Source: an uncultured Pseudomonadota bacterium (lineage in GTDB: Bacteria; Pseudomonadota; Alphaproteobacteria; RF32; CAG-239). Taken from it: a DNA stretch of 64,000 bases. The stretch covers positions 26,020 to 90,019 of the forward strand of contig CADAJN010000001.1 in NCBI GenBank assembly GCA_902788365.1, in the 5' to 3' direction. Below the pieces are notes generated by a model. It saw only the letters and a list, made by a program, of their open reading frames with translations. It was not told the DNA's origin and ran no database searches. The stretch's first letter is position 1, and every line of letters begins with the position of its first letter. This document shows, in pieces, positions 49,428 through 59,150 of this stretch. A program made the translations under genes and the position numbers.

Positions 49428-51596
49428 TTAATAGCTCCCTTGCATATAGCTGCCGACATCTTTTTGCAGATTGAGATAGCGATCCATCATTTCTTTTTCA
49501 TATTTGCGCGTATCAATCCGGTTAAACAAAGTATTCAATTCTTCTTCCGATAAATCGGTCGGTTTACCGTCATCATCAAACTTATAGGCTTTCAGACGGT
49601 AATTATCTTCGCTCAGCTCAAACTTTTTATATCCTTCTTTATCGTATTCGCGATAATCTTTACCGGTCCATGCACCGTTTTTATATAATTTTTCCTGATA
49701 AAGCTGACCGTTGCTGTGATAGGTTTTGCGCCAACCTTCCATTTTGTTATTCTTAAACGTGACCGTAAACAGCTTGGTGCCGTTCGGGTAATAACCGACG
49801 GCCTCACCTTCGGCCACACCTTTAACATACGGAATTTGCGTTGAAAGATGCCCTTTATCATCAAAAATTTTGACCAGACCGTCTAACAAATTATTATGAT
49901 ACACTGCTTCAATATACGGATTGCCCATAATGTCAAAAGCGCTGTATTTGCCTTCCATAATGCCTTTGCGCACCTGTTGCTGTTCATAAACCTTATCTTT
50001 GCCGTCATAATAGGTGCGAATCGTGCCGTCCAGCTCACCGTCCACATACGGCAGCTCGCGGCTTTTGCTGCCATCCGGATTATATACGGTCAGTTTACCG
50101 GTTAAGTGGTCTAAAACCAATGTGCCGCTATCATCAAACGACAATGAATTTGTGGCATCTTTGCCTTCTGCAACTTCCAACGTAAATTTCGGATTACCGT
50201 TTTCATAATATCCGGTGCCGGTACCTTGAAATATACCGTCTTTGAAGTCTAATTTGGCTTCAACATTGCCAAACGAATCTTGGTGAATCACTTGCCCCGT
50301 GACTTTACCACCTTTATATGGTATTATTTCGCTGATATTGCGCCCGTCATCGGCAAATTTGACGGCTTTACCTTCAATCATGCCGTCAACATATGTTGCC
50401 TCCTGAGTTTTGACGCCTTTTTCGTTATATAGAGTTATCGGACCATTGGCCATATCGTTCACAAACTGCATGGAAAGTTTGATGTTGCCGTTCGGGTAAT
50501 ATTCTTTATAAACACCGTCAATCTTGTCATTTTTATATGTTGCTTCCGATTTTTTGCGACCGTTTTCGTAATATTGTTCATCAACACCGTTTTTTAAGCC
50601 GGCAACATATTCCGTTACGGCTTGCAGTTGGCCGTTATCATAAAACATTTCGGCTTTTCCCTCTAAAACATTGTCAACATAAGGAAATTTGGCATATAAC
50701 TTGCCGTTTTGATGATATAAATTCATATCGCCGTTCAGAGCATCATTTTTGTAAATCGCTTCCACAATTTTAACCCCTTCCGGCGTCCATTTGGCAAATA
50801 AGCCGTTGCGCTCATTATCGGTAAACGTAACGACTTCTTTAAGCTGCTTATTCGGATAATACGACTTTGCTTCGCCGTTTAAGTTATCCTCTTTATACAT
50901 CACTTCCGACTGCAAATTACCGTTTTTGAAATAAACCAGTTTTTTGCCGTCATACATATTATCAACATAGTTGCTGACATCACGCAGTTCGCCGCTTTCA
51001 TAATAAATTTGTTCCAAGCCCTGCGCCAAACCGTTAACCACCGAAGTTTCCGAACGCATTTTGCCGTTTTCATAATATTCAATCACTTTGCCGTCTATCA
51101 CGCCGTTTTCATTAAAATCCATGGTATAGCGCACATTGCCGTCCGGATAATAACCGGTTTCGCGACCGACCTGCACGTTGTTTTTGAACTGTGCCGTAGC
51201 CAGCAGTGTGCCGCTTTCATCAAACGATTTGGCCTCGCCATTGAGCTTATCGTCTTTATATATAAATATGCGTTCTACCTGTCCGTTTTTGTGGTAAGTG
51301 CGGGTTTCCCCTTCTCTTTTATCATCAACAAATGTTGATTCTATATGCACATTGCCGTTCGGATAATAAGTAACCTCCACGCCGTTACGCAGATTATTCT
51401 GATACGGAGTTTCAATATGCACATTGCCGTTGGAATAATATGTGGTTTCAATGCCATCTTCATGTTTGGTGCGCAAATCATCAACTGCCGGCTCTTCATA
51501 AAGCGAACCGCCGCCCAGTTTCGGAAACATATTATATTTAATGCCGATACCGACGCATACGGCCAATGCCAAAAGGAAAAGAAGACGTTTATTCAT
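49428..51596 (-). CDS. large MORN-variant (YwqK-type) repeat protein with N-terminal membrane anchor
   Basis: MNKRLLFLLALAVCVGIGI anchor, then about 25 YY.NG…E…Y.NG.L.G repeats. 722 aa. Confidence 0.6.
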   Translation of the reverse strand: MNKRLLFLLALAVCVGIGIKYNMFPKLGGGSLYEEPAVDDLRTKHEDGIETTYYSNGNVHIETPYQNNLRNGVEVTYYPNGNVHIESTFVDDKREGETRTYHKNGQVERIFIYKDDKLNGEAKSFDESGTLLATAQFKNNVQVGRETGYYPDGNVRYTMDFNENGVIDGKVIEYYENGKMRSETSVVNGLAQGLEQIYYESGELRDVSNYVDNMYDGKKLVYFKNGNLQSEVMYKEDNLNGEAKSYYPNKQLKEVVTFTDNERNGLFAKWTPEGVKIVEAIYKNDALNGDMNLYHQNGKLYAKFPYVDNVLEGKAEMFYDNGQLQAVTEYVAGLKNGVDEQYYENGRKKSEATYKNDKIDGVYKEYYPNGNIKLSMQFVNDMANGPITLYNEKGVKTQEATYVDGMIEGKAVKFADDGRNISEIIPYKGGKVTGQVIHQDSFGNVEAKLDFKDGIFQGTGTGYYENGNPKFTLEVAEGKDATNSLSFDDSGTLVLDHLTGKLTVYNPDGSKSRELPYVDGELDGTIRTYYDGKDKVYEQQQVRKGIMEGKYSAFDIMGNPYIEAVYHNNLLDGLVKIFDDKGHLSTQIPYVKGVAEGEAVGYYPNGTKLFTVTFKNNKMEGWRKTYHSNGQLYQEKLYKNGAWTGKDYREYDKEGYKKFELSEDNYRLKAYKFDDDGKPTDLSEEELNTLFNRIDTRKYEKEMMDRYLNLQKDVGSYMQGSY

Positions 51597-51697
51597 GATT
51601 TTTCTCCAACAACTATAACCAACATTATACAATTAACACGAAAAGTTTTTTGCTTCAAGCGCTATAAAGCTTTTGAACACATTTTTAATGCTGTTTT

Positions 51698-53044
51698 TTA
51701 TACTGCCGGTTGCAACAAAAACTGCAGGCCGTCAGAGATTTCCTGCCGGCTCATGACAACATCATAGGCGGCATCTTCCACTTCGGTCAGCGGTTCACGC
51801 AAACCGTTTTGGGCATAGTAGCGGTCACTGGAAGCCTGATAATCTTGTGCCTGAGCTTCAAGCCCTTGCTGTTTATAATAAATCGCCAAATGTTTTTTGG
51901 CATTGGCAATCTGTCCGCCATACATGGCATGATCTCCCAATTCCAGCACCGATTGATAGGCAAACATGGCCTTTTCGGCAGAACCCTGTTGCCAATAAAC
52001 ATCGCCCAAACGGCTCCATGCGTTAACGTTTTCCGGCGTAATTTCGGTAGCAAAATGATAAGAATTGAGCGCCAAATCCAAATCATCCAACAACGCAAAA
52101 TTGCCGGCCAAACAAGCATAATTGGCGGCTTGTGCAAAATAAAGTTTTTGATTGATGCCGGTAGCCTGCTCGGCGTCTTCAATATATTGTCTGGTCAAAA
52201 ATTTCAGCAATTCCAAACATAAGGTATTGTCGCCGTTTTCGGCCAATGCACTTAATGCGGCATTTGGGCTTGGCAGTTGACGGCTGTTGGGCAGATTGGC
52301 AAACATATTATGCCGCGCCAAGCCGATGAAATCGCAGATGGAACGCACGGTTTGCAGCACATCTTCTTCTTCATGCGACGGAGTTAAACGTTGAAAAACG
52401 GCTTGAGCTGTCTTATATTCTGACACTTGCCGACCCAATAATTTAATAATCGGCGCAATATATTGATGCACGGCACGTTCCTGCGGCGACAACATACGCA
52501 CAGGCGTTGTTTGATTTTGCACACCTTGCGTTGATATCGGCGCCGAAGTCTTTTTTTGAGCATGGCGTTGCATAATTTCTTTTAAGCGCGCATAATCTTC
52601 GGAAATATGCAGAAAATCATCAGATGTTTCCGATGCCTCTATTATATTGCGAGATATTTCTTTTTCCTCCTCTATTTGCGCCGCCATCTGAGCTAAAACC
52701 TCAGGAGACAAATCTTCAACTTCATCAGCCGGCAGAACGGCTGAATATTCATCGGCATCAGCATCAGCGTCGGCCTCGGCATCAGCATTTTGATTCGGCA
52801 TTTCATACTCTTTCGGCTCCGGACGAAAGGTGTCAATCAGCGACATCATATGGATAATCACAATCAATCCGATAAAAGCAAAAAACGCGGCAATAATGTA
52901 ATTGCCCTGACTACCGAACATTTCGGTGACATTACCGAATATGCGGGTGTATTTTGCCTCAAGCAGCGCCAAGAAATTATTCCAATCCGTTAAGTTGGGA
53001 ATTTTCCATTCCAAAATCAACCTCAACGAATGTCCGTAAACCAT
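51698..53044 (-). CDS. membrane-anchored TPR-repeat protein
   Basis: One TM helix, an acidic DADADAD linker, and a C-terminal TPR-like helical repeat region. Confidence 0.45.
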   Translation of the reverse strand: MVYGHSLRLILEWKIPNLTDWNNFLALLEAKYTRIFGNVTEMFGSQGNYIIAAFFAFIGLIVIIHMMSLIDTFRPEPKEYEMPNQNADAEADADADADEYSAVLPADEVEDLSPEVLAQMAAQIEEEKEISRNIIEASETSDDFLHISEDYARLKEIMQRHAQKKTSAPISTQGVQNQTTPVRMLSPQERAVHQYIAPIIKLLGRQVSEYKTAQAVFQRLTPSHEEEDVLQTVRSICDFIGLARHNMFANLPNSRQLPSPNAALSALAENGDNTLCLELLKFLTRQYIEDAEQATGINQKLYFAQAANYACLAGNFALLDDLDLALNSYHFATEITPENVNAWSRLGDVYWQQGSAEKAMFAYQSVLELGDHAMYGGQIANAKKHLAIYYKQQGLEAQAQDYQASSDRYYAQNGLREPLTEVEDAAYDVVMSRQEISDGLQFLLQPAV

Positions 53045-53111
53045 TTTTCAGCCCTCATTACAGCGTTTTGTTTTAATTTATATGAAAAACATAAAAATGT
53101 AAAGTATTCGT

Positions 53112-54596
53112 TTATGCCAGTGTATTTATTTTTTCTTCTATCATTTTTATCAAATCGTTATCTTCGGTTTTTTGCGCATATTCCAACGCTATTTGTAAAT
53201 TATGGTGCGCGGCATCTTCGTCGCCGCCAAGCTTTTCTATCAGCGCCAAATTGGCATAGTCGGTCACTAAACCTTCGCAACGTTCAAAGCGTTGTTCCAG
53301 ATGTAATGATTGCTGAAATAAAACTTTGGCACGCGATATGTCACCGGTTTGTAAATATATTAAACCCAGCAACGTGTAGGCGTTGGCGCTGTGAAAGCTG
53401 TTCGGATATTTGCCGTTGATGTGCAAAATTTGGCGCAAATATTTTTCGGCCGGCTGATATTTTTGTTGCCGGCTGCAAGCAACTGCCGCCACATACAAAC
53501 TTTCGGCCTGTGCAGCATGATTTTTGAGCGTTTCATAAAGCTGTGCCGCCTGCAAAGAATATTTGGCAGCAGATGTAAATTGCCGTTTTTGCAGAGCAAT
53601 TTGCCCTAAAAGCTGAAAACAAAAGGCCTGACCGATTTTGTTTTGTGGCCGCTTATATGTTTGTTGGGCCTGCTTAATTTTGGCTTGAGCCGCCGCTAAT
53701 TTATTTTGCACAATTTGTAACAGTGCATATTGATTTAATATATCGGCTTTTAACAGTGATGTCGGTGCCAGCTGCAACGCTTTTTGATAACAATCCTGCG
53801 CCTCATCAAAACGATTTTCATAAACCATCAGCATTCCTTTAACGGCTATGGTTTGCGCCTGCCATAAACGATTTTTTAAGCGCACAAAAATTTTCAGTGC
53901 CGATTCAATCATGGTTTGCGCCACATCATTGATACAACTGAGACGATAAATTTCTGCCAATTGCAAATAGCACTGAGCTTCTTCAAACACATAACCGCGA
54001 CGTTGAAATGCTTTTAGGGCACCATCGGCGCTTTTTGAAGCCGACAACATATCGGCATCTTGCAGATAAGCAAATGCGGCCATGTGATCATAATACGGAC
54101 GAACAGTGTGCGGTAAATCTGCGCGTTTGATGGTTGAAATCAGTTCTAAAAAACGCGGAATTTTAAACAATAAATGTGCCAATTGCGGCTTAAAAACGGC
54201 GTATTGAGCGTTTTTTACCGGCAGATTACCGCGGCGGTTTATCTGTTTATAGGCACTTGGCAAGTCACTATGCGCCAATAGCAGTAAACTGAGCCACAAA
54301 TGCGAAGATTGCAAAACTTGTGCCGCTTTTTTGACACGACCGCCGGCTAATTGCGCCAACGCCGTGTTTGCCGCTTTATTAGGCATAAAAAATAAGGCAC
54401 AAACACTTTTTTCAATAATATATGAGGCATAAAACACATGTGCATTTGTATATTGTTGACGTTTCAAAACATTTATTTTGGCCATTTTTTGCAAATGCTT
54501 CAGGCGTATGCGACAATGTTGCCCAAAAATCAGAATAATCGGTGCCGTCAAAAATAAAAAAATAATGAAACCCCATACAAAATTTTTCATCAACAT
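53112..54596 (-). CDS. membrane-anchored TPR-repeat protein
   Basis: N-terminal TM helix followed by multiple TPR-like helices. Confidence 0.45.
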   Translation of the reverse strand: MLMKNFVWGFIIFLFLTAPIILIFGQHCRIRLKHLQKMAKINVLKRQQYTNAHVFYASYIIEKSVCALFFMPNKAANTALAQLAGGRVKKAAQVLQSSHLWLSLLLLAHSDLPSAYKQINRRGNLPVKNAQYAVFKPQLAHLLFKIPRFLELISTIKRADLPHTVRPYYDHMAAFAYLQDADMLSASKSADGALKAFQRRGYVFEEAQCYLQLAEIYRLSCINDVAQTMIESALKIFVRLKNRLWQAQTIAVKGMLMVYENRFDEAQDCYQKALQLAPTSLLKADILNQYALLQIVQNKLAAAQAKIKQAQQTYKRPQNKIGQAFCFQLLGQIALQKRQFTSAAKYSLQAAQLYETLKNHAAQAESLYVAAVACSRQQKYQPAEKYLRQILHINGKYPNSFHSANAYTLLGLIYLQTGDISRAKVLFQQSLHLEQRFERCEGLVTDYANLALIEKLGGDEDAAHHNLQIALEYAQKTEDNDLIKMIEEKINTLA

Positions 54597-54668
54597 TTAC
54601 ATTATATTAGCATTTTGGTTTATATATTCAAACATAGTTTAAGCAAAATTATATAGGATATTTTTAAA

Positions 54669-57098
54669 ATGGCTATCACAAAATTGACTTCTGACCAACT
54701 TTATCGTAAATGTAATGCGTCTAAATTTGATTTTAACAGCACAGCTGATTTGGAAGAGCGTTTGTCCGCCTTGGGACAAGATCGCGCCATCAGTGCCGTG
54801 GAATTGGGGATTCATATTAAATCGCGCGGTTACAATTTGTTTTGCTTGGGACCGGAAGGCACCGGTAAAACCAGTTTGGTTAAACGTGTTTTGGAACAAG
54901 AAGCTCAAAAGCGTAAAACACCGGACGACTGGGCTTATGTATATAATTTTGAAGAACCGTATAAACCGATTGCCATAAATTTTCCGGCCGGTGTGGCCTG
55001 TGATTTTGCCAAAGACGTGGACGAGTTGATTGAAGAACTTTCCTCTGCTTTGCCGGCGTTGCTTGAAACCGAAGAATATAAGGCGGCGCTCGGTATCATC
55101 AAACAAAAGTATAAATCTAAAAAAGATGAATATATAGCCGTATTGCAACGCAAGGCCAAAGGCAAGCGCGTGTCACTTTTGCATATGCAGATGGGTTTGG
55201 TGGTAGCACCGATGAAAGACGGTGAGGTTTTATCGCCGGATGCGTTTGACCAATTACCGGAAGACGAAAAAAAACTGGTGATGGACGATTTGAACGCCAT
55301 GCAGGAAGAAATTGAAAATGCCACGCAAACTTTGCCGCATTGGGAAGAAAAGCAAAAAAACGAAATTGATGCGTTGCGTGAAAAATTTGTAAAAGCAGCC
55401 GTTAAAGAGCCGATTGATAATCTGCGACAAAAATATCGCAAAATCAGTGCGGCGGCGCACTTTTTGAAGTCTATTCAAAACAATATCTTAGATAATATTG
55501 ATGAATATTTGCCGGAAAATAAAACCCCGACGGCAAATAGCGAAGATGACCCGCTGACCGCTCTTTTGAGCCGCATGAAACAACCGGAAGAAGATAAGTT
55601 TTCCAAGCTTAAGGTTAATGTTATTGTTAAAAACAAGCCGGATGCCGGTGCGCCGATTGTTATACTTGACCACCCGACGCAAGGCAATTTGGTCGGCAAA
55701 GTGGAACGAATCCAACAATACGGTGCTTTATTGACCGACTTTACGTTAATTAAAGGCGGGGCTTTGCATCGCGCCAACGGCGGCTTTTTGTTGCTTGATG
55801 CGCGCAAAGTTTTAGAACAGCCTTTTGCATGGGACTCGCTTAAGCGCGCCATTGCTTCAAAGTGCATTAAAATTGAAGCTCCGAGCGAAGAAACCAGCTT
55901 TACGACCATTTCGCTTGATCCGCAACCTATTCCTTTAGACGTAAAAGTAGTTTTGACCGGCGATTTTGATATTTATGATTTGCTGTGCGAACGCGATCCG
56001 GATTTCAGAGATTTCTTCAAAGTGGAAGCTGATTTCGGTATTATCATGGATCGCACCGAAGAAAATGAAATTGAATATGCCAAGCTAATCGGCTCGCTTT
56101 CTAAGAAAAAAGGATTGCGCTCGCTCAATAAACAAGCTGTGGCACGCGTGATTGAATATGCCTCGCGTTTAGCCGGCAGTTCAAATAAATTAACGGCGCA
56201 CATTTCATCTATCGGCGATTTGCTGCGCGAAGCCGATTATTGGGCACGTCAATCTAATTCCAAACAAATCGGCAAAAATCACATAGAACAAGCTATCGGG
56301 GCTCAGATTTATCGTGCTGATCGCGTTAAAAAAGATATGCTTGAGCAGATTGACCGCGGCACGATTTTAATGGACGTTAAAGGTGCACGTGTCGGACAAA
56401 TTAACGGTTTGGTAGTCTATGACTTTTCCAGCTATTCATTCGGCAAACCGACACGAATTACCACGCAAGTGCGTATCGGCAAAGGTGACTTTGTGGATAT
56501 TGAGCGCGAAATTGACATGAGCGGACCTATTCACACCAAAGGCGTGCTGATTTTGAAATCACTGCTTTCAAATCGGTTTGCCAAGAATATGCCGCTGTCG
56601 TTATCGGCCTCAATCGTGTTTGAGCAATCATACGGCGGTGTGGACGGGGACAGTGCATCTTCTACCGAATATTACTGTATGTTATCTGCTATCAGCGGGG
56701 TGCCGATTAAACAAAATATTGCCGTTACCGGTTCAATTAACCAATTTGGCGAAATTCAACCGATTGGCGGTGTTAATGAAAAAATTGAAGGTTTCTTTGA
56801 TGTGTGCAATCATCAAGGTTTGACCGGCACGCAAGGCGTGATTATTCCACGCACCAATGTTGAAGACTTGATGCTCAGAGCCGACATTGTGCAAGCTGTG
56901 GAAGAGAAAAAATTTACCATTTATGCCATTGATTCGGTAGACGACGGCATTGAGATTTTGACCGGCATGAAGGCCGGTAAGAAAAATGCCAAAGGCGAAT
57001 ATCCGAAAGGTTCAATTAACCGTTTAGTGCAAGATAATCTGCAGGCCTTTTATGCCGATTATGCGCGTTACGCCAAAGAAACACACGGTTGTATGTAA
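54669..57098 (+). CDS. Lon-like AAA+ serine protease (YcbZ/LonH/BrxL-like architecture)
   Basis: Walker A LGPEGTGKTS. C-terminal Lon protease domain closely resembling E. coli YcbZ (…FEQSYGGVDGDSAS…, KIEGFFDVC…GVIIP). Confidence 0.7.
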   Translation: MAITKLTSDQLYRKCNASKFDFNSTADLEERLSALGQDRAISAVELGIHIKSRGYNLFCLGPEGTGKTSLVKRVLEQEAQKRKTPDDWAYVYNFEEPYKPIAINFPAGVACDFAKDVDELIEELSSALPALLETEEYKAALGIIKQKYKSKKDEYIAVLQRKAKGKRVSLLHMQMGLVVAPMKDGEVLSPDAFDQLPEDEKKLVMDDLNAMQEEIENATQTLPHWEEKQKNEIDALREKFVKAAVKEPIDNLRQKYRKISAAAHFLKSIQNNILDNIDEYLPENKTPTANSEDDPLTALLSRMKQPEEDKFSKLKVNVIVKNKPDAGAPIVILDHPTQGNLVGKVERIQQYGALLTDFTLIKGGALHRANGGFLLLDARKVLEQPFAWDSLKRAIASKCIKIEAPSEETSFTTISLDPQPIPLDVKVVLTGDFDIYDLLCERDPDFRDFFKVEADFGIIMDRTEENEIEYAKLIGSLSKKKGLRSLNKQAVARVIEYASRLAGSSNKLTAHISSIGDLLREADYWARQSNSKQIGKNHIEQAIGAQIYRADRVKKDMLEQIDRGTILMDVKGARVGQINGLVVYDFSSYSFGKPTRITTQVRIGKGDFVDIEREIDMSGPIHTKGVLILKSLLSNRFAKNMPLSLSASIVFEQSYGGVDGDSASSTEYYCMLSAISGVPIKQNIAVTGSINQFGEIQPIGGVNEKIEGFFDVCNHQGLTGTQGVIIPRTNVEDLMLRADIVQAVEEKKFTIYAIDSVDDGIEILTGMKAGKKNAKGEYPKGSINRLVQDNLQAFYADYARYAKETHGCM

Positions 57099-57105
57099 GA
57101 AAAAT

Positions 57106-57163
57106 TTGCCGAGATTACTCGGTCCACTGCGTAAGCAGCACGCAGTCTGCCGAGTAATGACAC
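57106..57163. repeat. family-1 palindromic element (dispersed copy)
   Basis: gccgagattactcgg…cactgcgtaagcagcacgcag…ccgagtaatgacac: terminal inverted repeats around a palindromic core. Confidence 0.55.
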
Positions 57164-57250
57164 TTTTATTATATATCCGAACTTCAGTTCGGATATATAT
57201 GGGCACTTTCCGACTCCCTTTGCACAGTTGGTAAGAAAAATATCAAAGAT

Positions 57251-58213
57251 TTATTTATGGCGTTGATGCCACAGCAGGCGCAGCAGACGAAATTGCGTTT
57301 TCAGTGATAATTCGCTGAATTTGATGATTTTATCATGTGCCAGCGCCAAATATTTTTGCTTGAAAAAATATTCCAGCTCATCAAGATTTTGTGTGCTTTT
57401 GCTGATTTTTGAAAGCACCATTTTTAATGATTGAGCAATGCGTTTACGGCGCACAAACGGCCATTCGGCCATTTTATTATGCACCATAAAATATTGATAA
57501 ACAAAGTTTATACCGGTGAAATAATCTGCCACTTTTTTGGTGGAAAAGCGACTGCGAATAATGGACGGCGAAGTTGTGTTGTAATGATACAAATTTTCGT
57601 TGATGTAGGCATAAGAACTGACCGAAGCGACCAAACAAGCCGTCCATGGCCAATCTTCAAAATATATGCCTTCTATAAAGCGATAATTGCGCACAATATC
57701 AGCCCGATAAAGCTTATTCCACGCCACCGCCGACACATAGCGGTTTTTGTTGGTGTATAAGCTCTTCAAAGGGCGAGTTGCAATGTTATAATGCACTTGT
57801 TGCGGTGCATATATTTTCACATTCGGAGATTGTTTACCCAAGCGGCAAAACTTTGTGCTGATAACCAGAGGCTGCTTGCTTTTTTCAGCCACCGTATAAA
57901 AAATTTCCAATGTTTGCGGATGCAAATAATCATCCGAATCAAGAAAAAACACATATGCACCTCTGGCTTCATCAAGCCCGCGATTGCGTGTGGCAGACAA
58001 CCCTTTATTTTTTTGCGTGAAAACTTTAATGCGTTTATCTTTTTTGGCATAGCGGCGCAAAATTTCACCGCTGCCGTCGATTGAGCCGTCATTTAAACAA
58101 ATAACTTCAATCTCAGGCAAAGATTGGCACAAAACCGAATCTAAGCAACGCGGCAAATCTTTTTCCACGTTATATACCGGAATGATAACTGAAACTTTAG
58201 GGTTGGCGTTCAT
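57251..58213 (-). CDS. family 2 glycosyltransferase
   Basis: VSVIIPVYNVEKDL…DGSIDGS GT-A N-terminal motifs. Start refined to MNANPKV. Confidence 0.65.
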   Translation of the reverse strand: MNANPKVSVIIPVYNVEKDLPRCLDSVLCQSLPEIEVICLNDGSIDGSGEILRRYAKKDKRIKVFTQKNKGLSATRNRGLDEARGAYVFFLDSDDYLHPQTLEIFYTVAEKSKQPLVISTKFCRLGKQSPNVKIYAPQQVHYNIATRPLKSLYTNKNRYVSAVAWNKLYRADIVRNYRFIEGIYFEDWPWTACLVASVSSYAYINENLYHYNTTSPSIIRSRFSTKKVADYFTGINFVYQYFMVHNKMAEWPFVRRKRIAQSLKMVLSKISKSTQNLDELEYFFKQKYLALAHDKIIKFSELSLKTQFRLLRLLWHQRHK

Positions 58214-58221
58214 ATTTTTCC

Positions 58222-58256
58222 CCAAAACAAGAAAATAGCCCTGCAAAGGGCTATTT
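58222..58256 (-). terminator. intrinsic terminator after dsbA-like gene
   Basis: aatagccctttgcagggctatt hairpin followed by a T-rich run on the minus strand. Confidence 0.5.
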
Positions 58257-58273
58257 TCTTACTTTTATTTCAT

Positions 58274-59002
58274 TTATTTTGCCGCATCAATTGCATTTTG
58301 CAATTCGGCAGCGCTCATCGCTTGAACGTGTTTGCCGTTGATTAACACAGCCGGCACACCGTTAATGGAAATATTTTGCGCCAATTCGTTTACCGCCTTC
58401 ATATTAGCGGCAACTTCATCAGATGCTAAATCGGCTTTATATTGTGCAATATCCAAACCGATTTTGTTTGCAACTTCATCTACGGCGGCTTCATTCATAC
58501 GACCGCCAAATGCCATTACTTCTTTATAAAACTCGGCAAATTTACCTTGTTTGTGTGCCGCATAACCGGCTTTTGCCTGATAATCGGAAATCGGAGATAC
58601 AAACGTCAGCGGTTTGAAAATAAACTTAACATCGGCATTAGCAGCCACAATTTTCTCCAGCTCCGGAGCCAAACGTTTACAATAACCGCAAGAGAAGTCA
58701 AAGAATTCAACCACAACAATTTTGGCATTATCCGGACCGATAAACGGAGCATTGGCACTGTTGTTGATTTCATCCATATATTTTGCCATAGCTTCTTGGG
58801 CGGCCTTTTCCTCTGCCGCACGCATATCATCCTGATATTTTTGCATAGCATCAATAATCATTTGCGGATTGCTTTTCAAAGCTTCTGCCACTTCGCCGGC
58901 AAAATCTTGAGAAACGCTCTGAGCAGGTTTATAAGTTTTCACTGTTGCAACAGCAGCTAAAATAATAGCCACCGTTGATAAAAGAATAGAAAAATTTTTC
59001 AT
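58274..59002 (-). CDS. DsbA-family thiol:disulfide oxidoreductase
   Basis: Signal peptide and CGYC active site in a thioredoxin fold. Confidence 0.7.
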   Translation of the reverse strand: MKNFSILLSTVAIILAAVATVKTYKPAQSVSQDFAGEVAEALKSNPQMIIDAMQKYQDDMRAAEEKAAQEAMAKYMDEINNSANAPFIGPDNAKIVVVEFFDFSCGYCKRLAPELEKIVAANADVKFIFKPLTFVSPISDYQAKAGYAAHKQGKFAEFYKEVMAFGGRMNEAAVDEVANKIGLDIAQYKADLASDEVAANMKAVNELAQNISINGVPAVLINGKHVQAMSAAELQNAIDAAK

Positions 59003-59150
59003 CAGTTTTATTCCTCTAATTATTTATTGTTTAAACAGCTTTAACATAATCCGCTTTTTTACATTTTGCAAGTCTTAAACAAAGATTTGCAAAAAGATAT
59101 GGACATTTTTATTTTTTTCGCTACAACATAATATTATTAAGGAGAAAAAA

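Noticed and set aside
49428-51596. YwqK-type repeats suggested a toxin-antitoxin antitoxin
   Set aside because: The protein is 722 aa with a membrane anchor and about 25 repeats. No deaminase/LXG toxin partner is adjacent. The repeats are better read as a generic MORN-like interaction scaffold.
51009-52222. Several plus-strand ORFs (109-170 aa) antisense to the MORN-repeat and TPR genes
   Set aside because: Repetitive Ile/Phe/His-rich translations mirroring the repeat codons of the sense genes. These are shadow ORFs.
54669-57098. Lon-like protease as a BREX BrxL component
   Set aside because: No PglX, BrxC, PglZ or other BREX genes within the window. Kept only as a stand-alone Lon-like protease.
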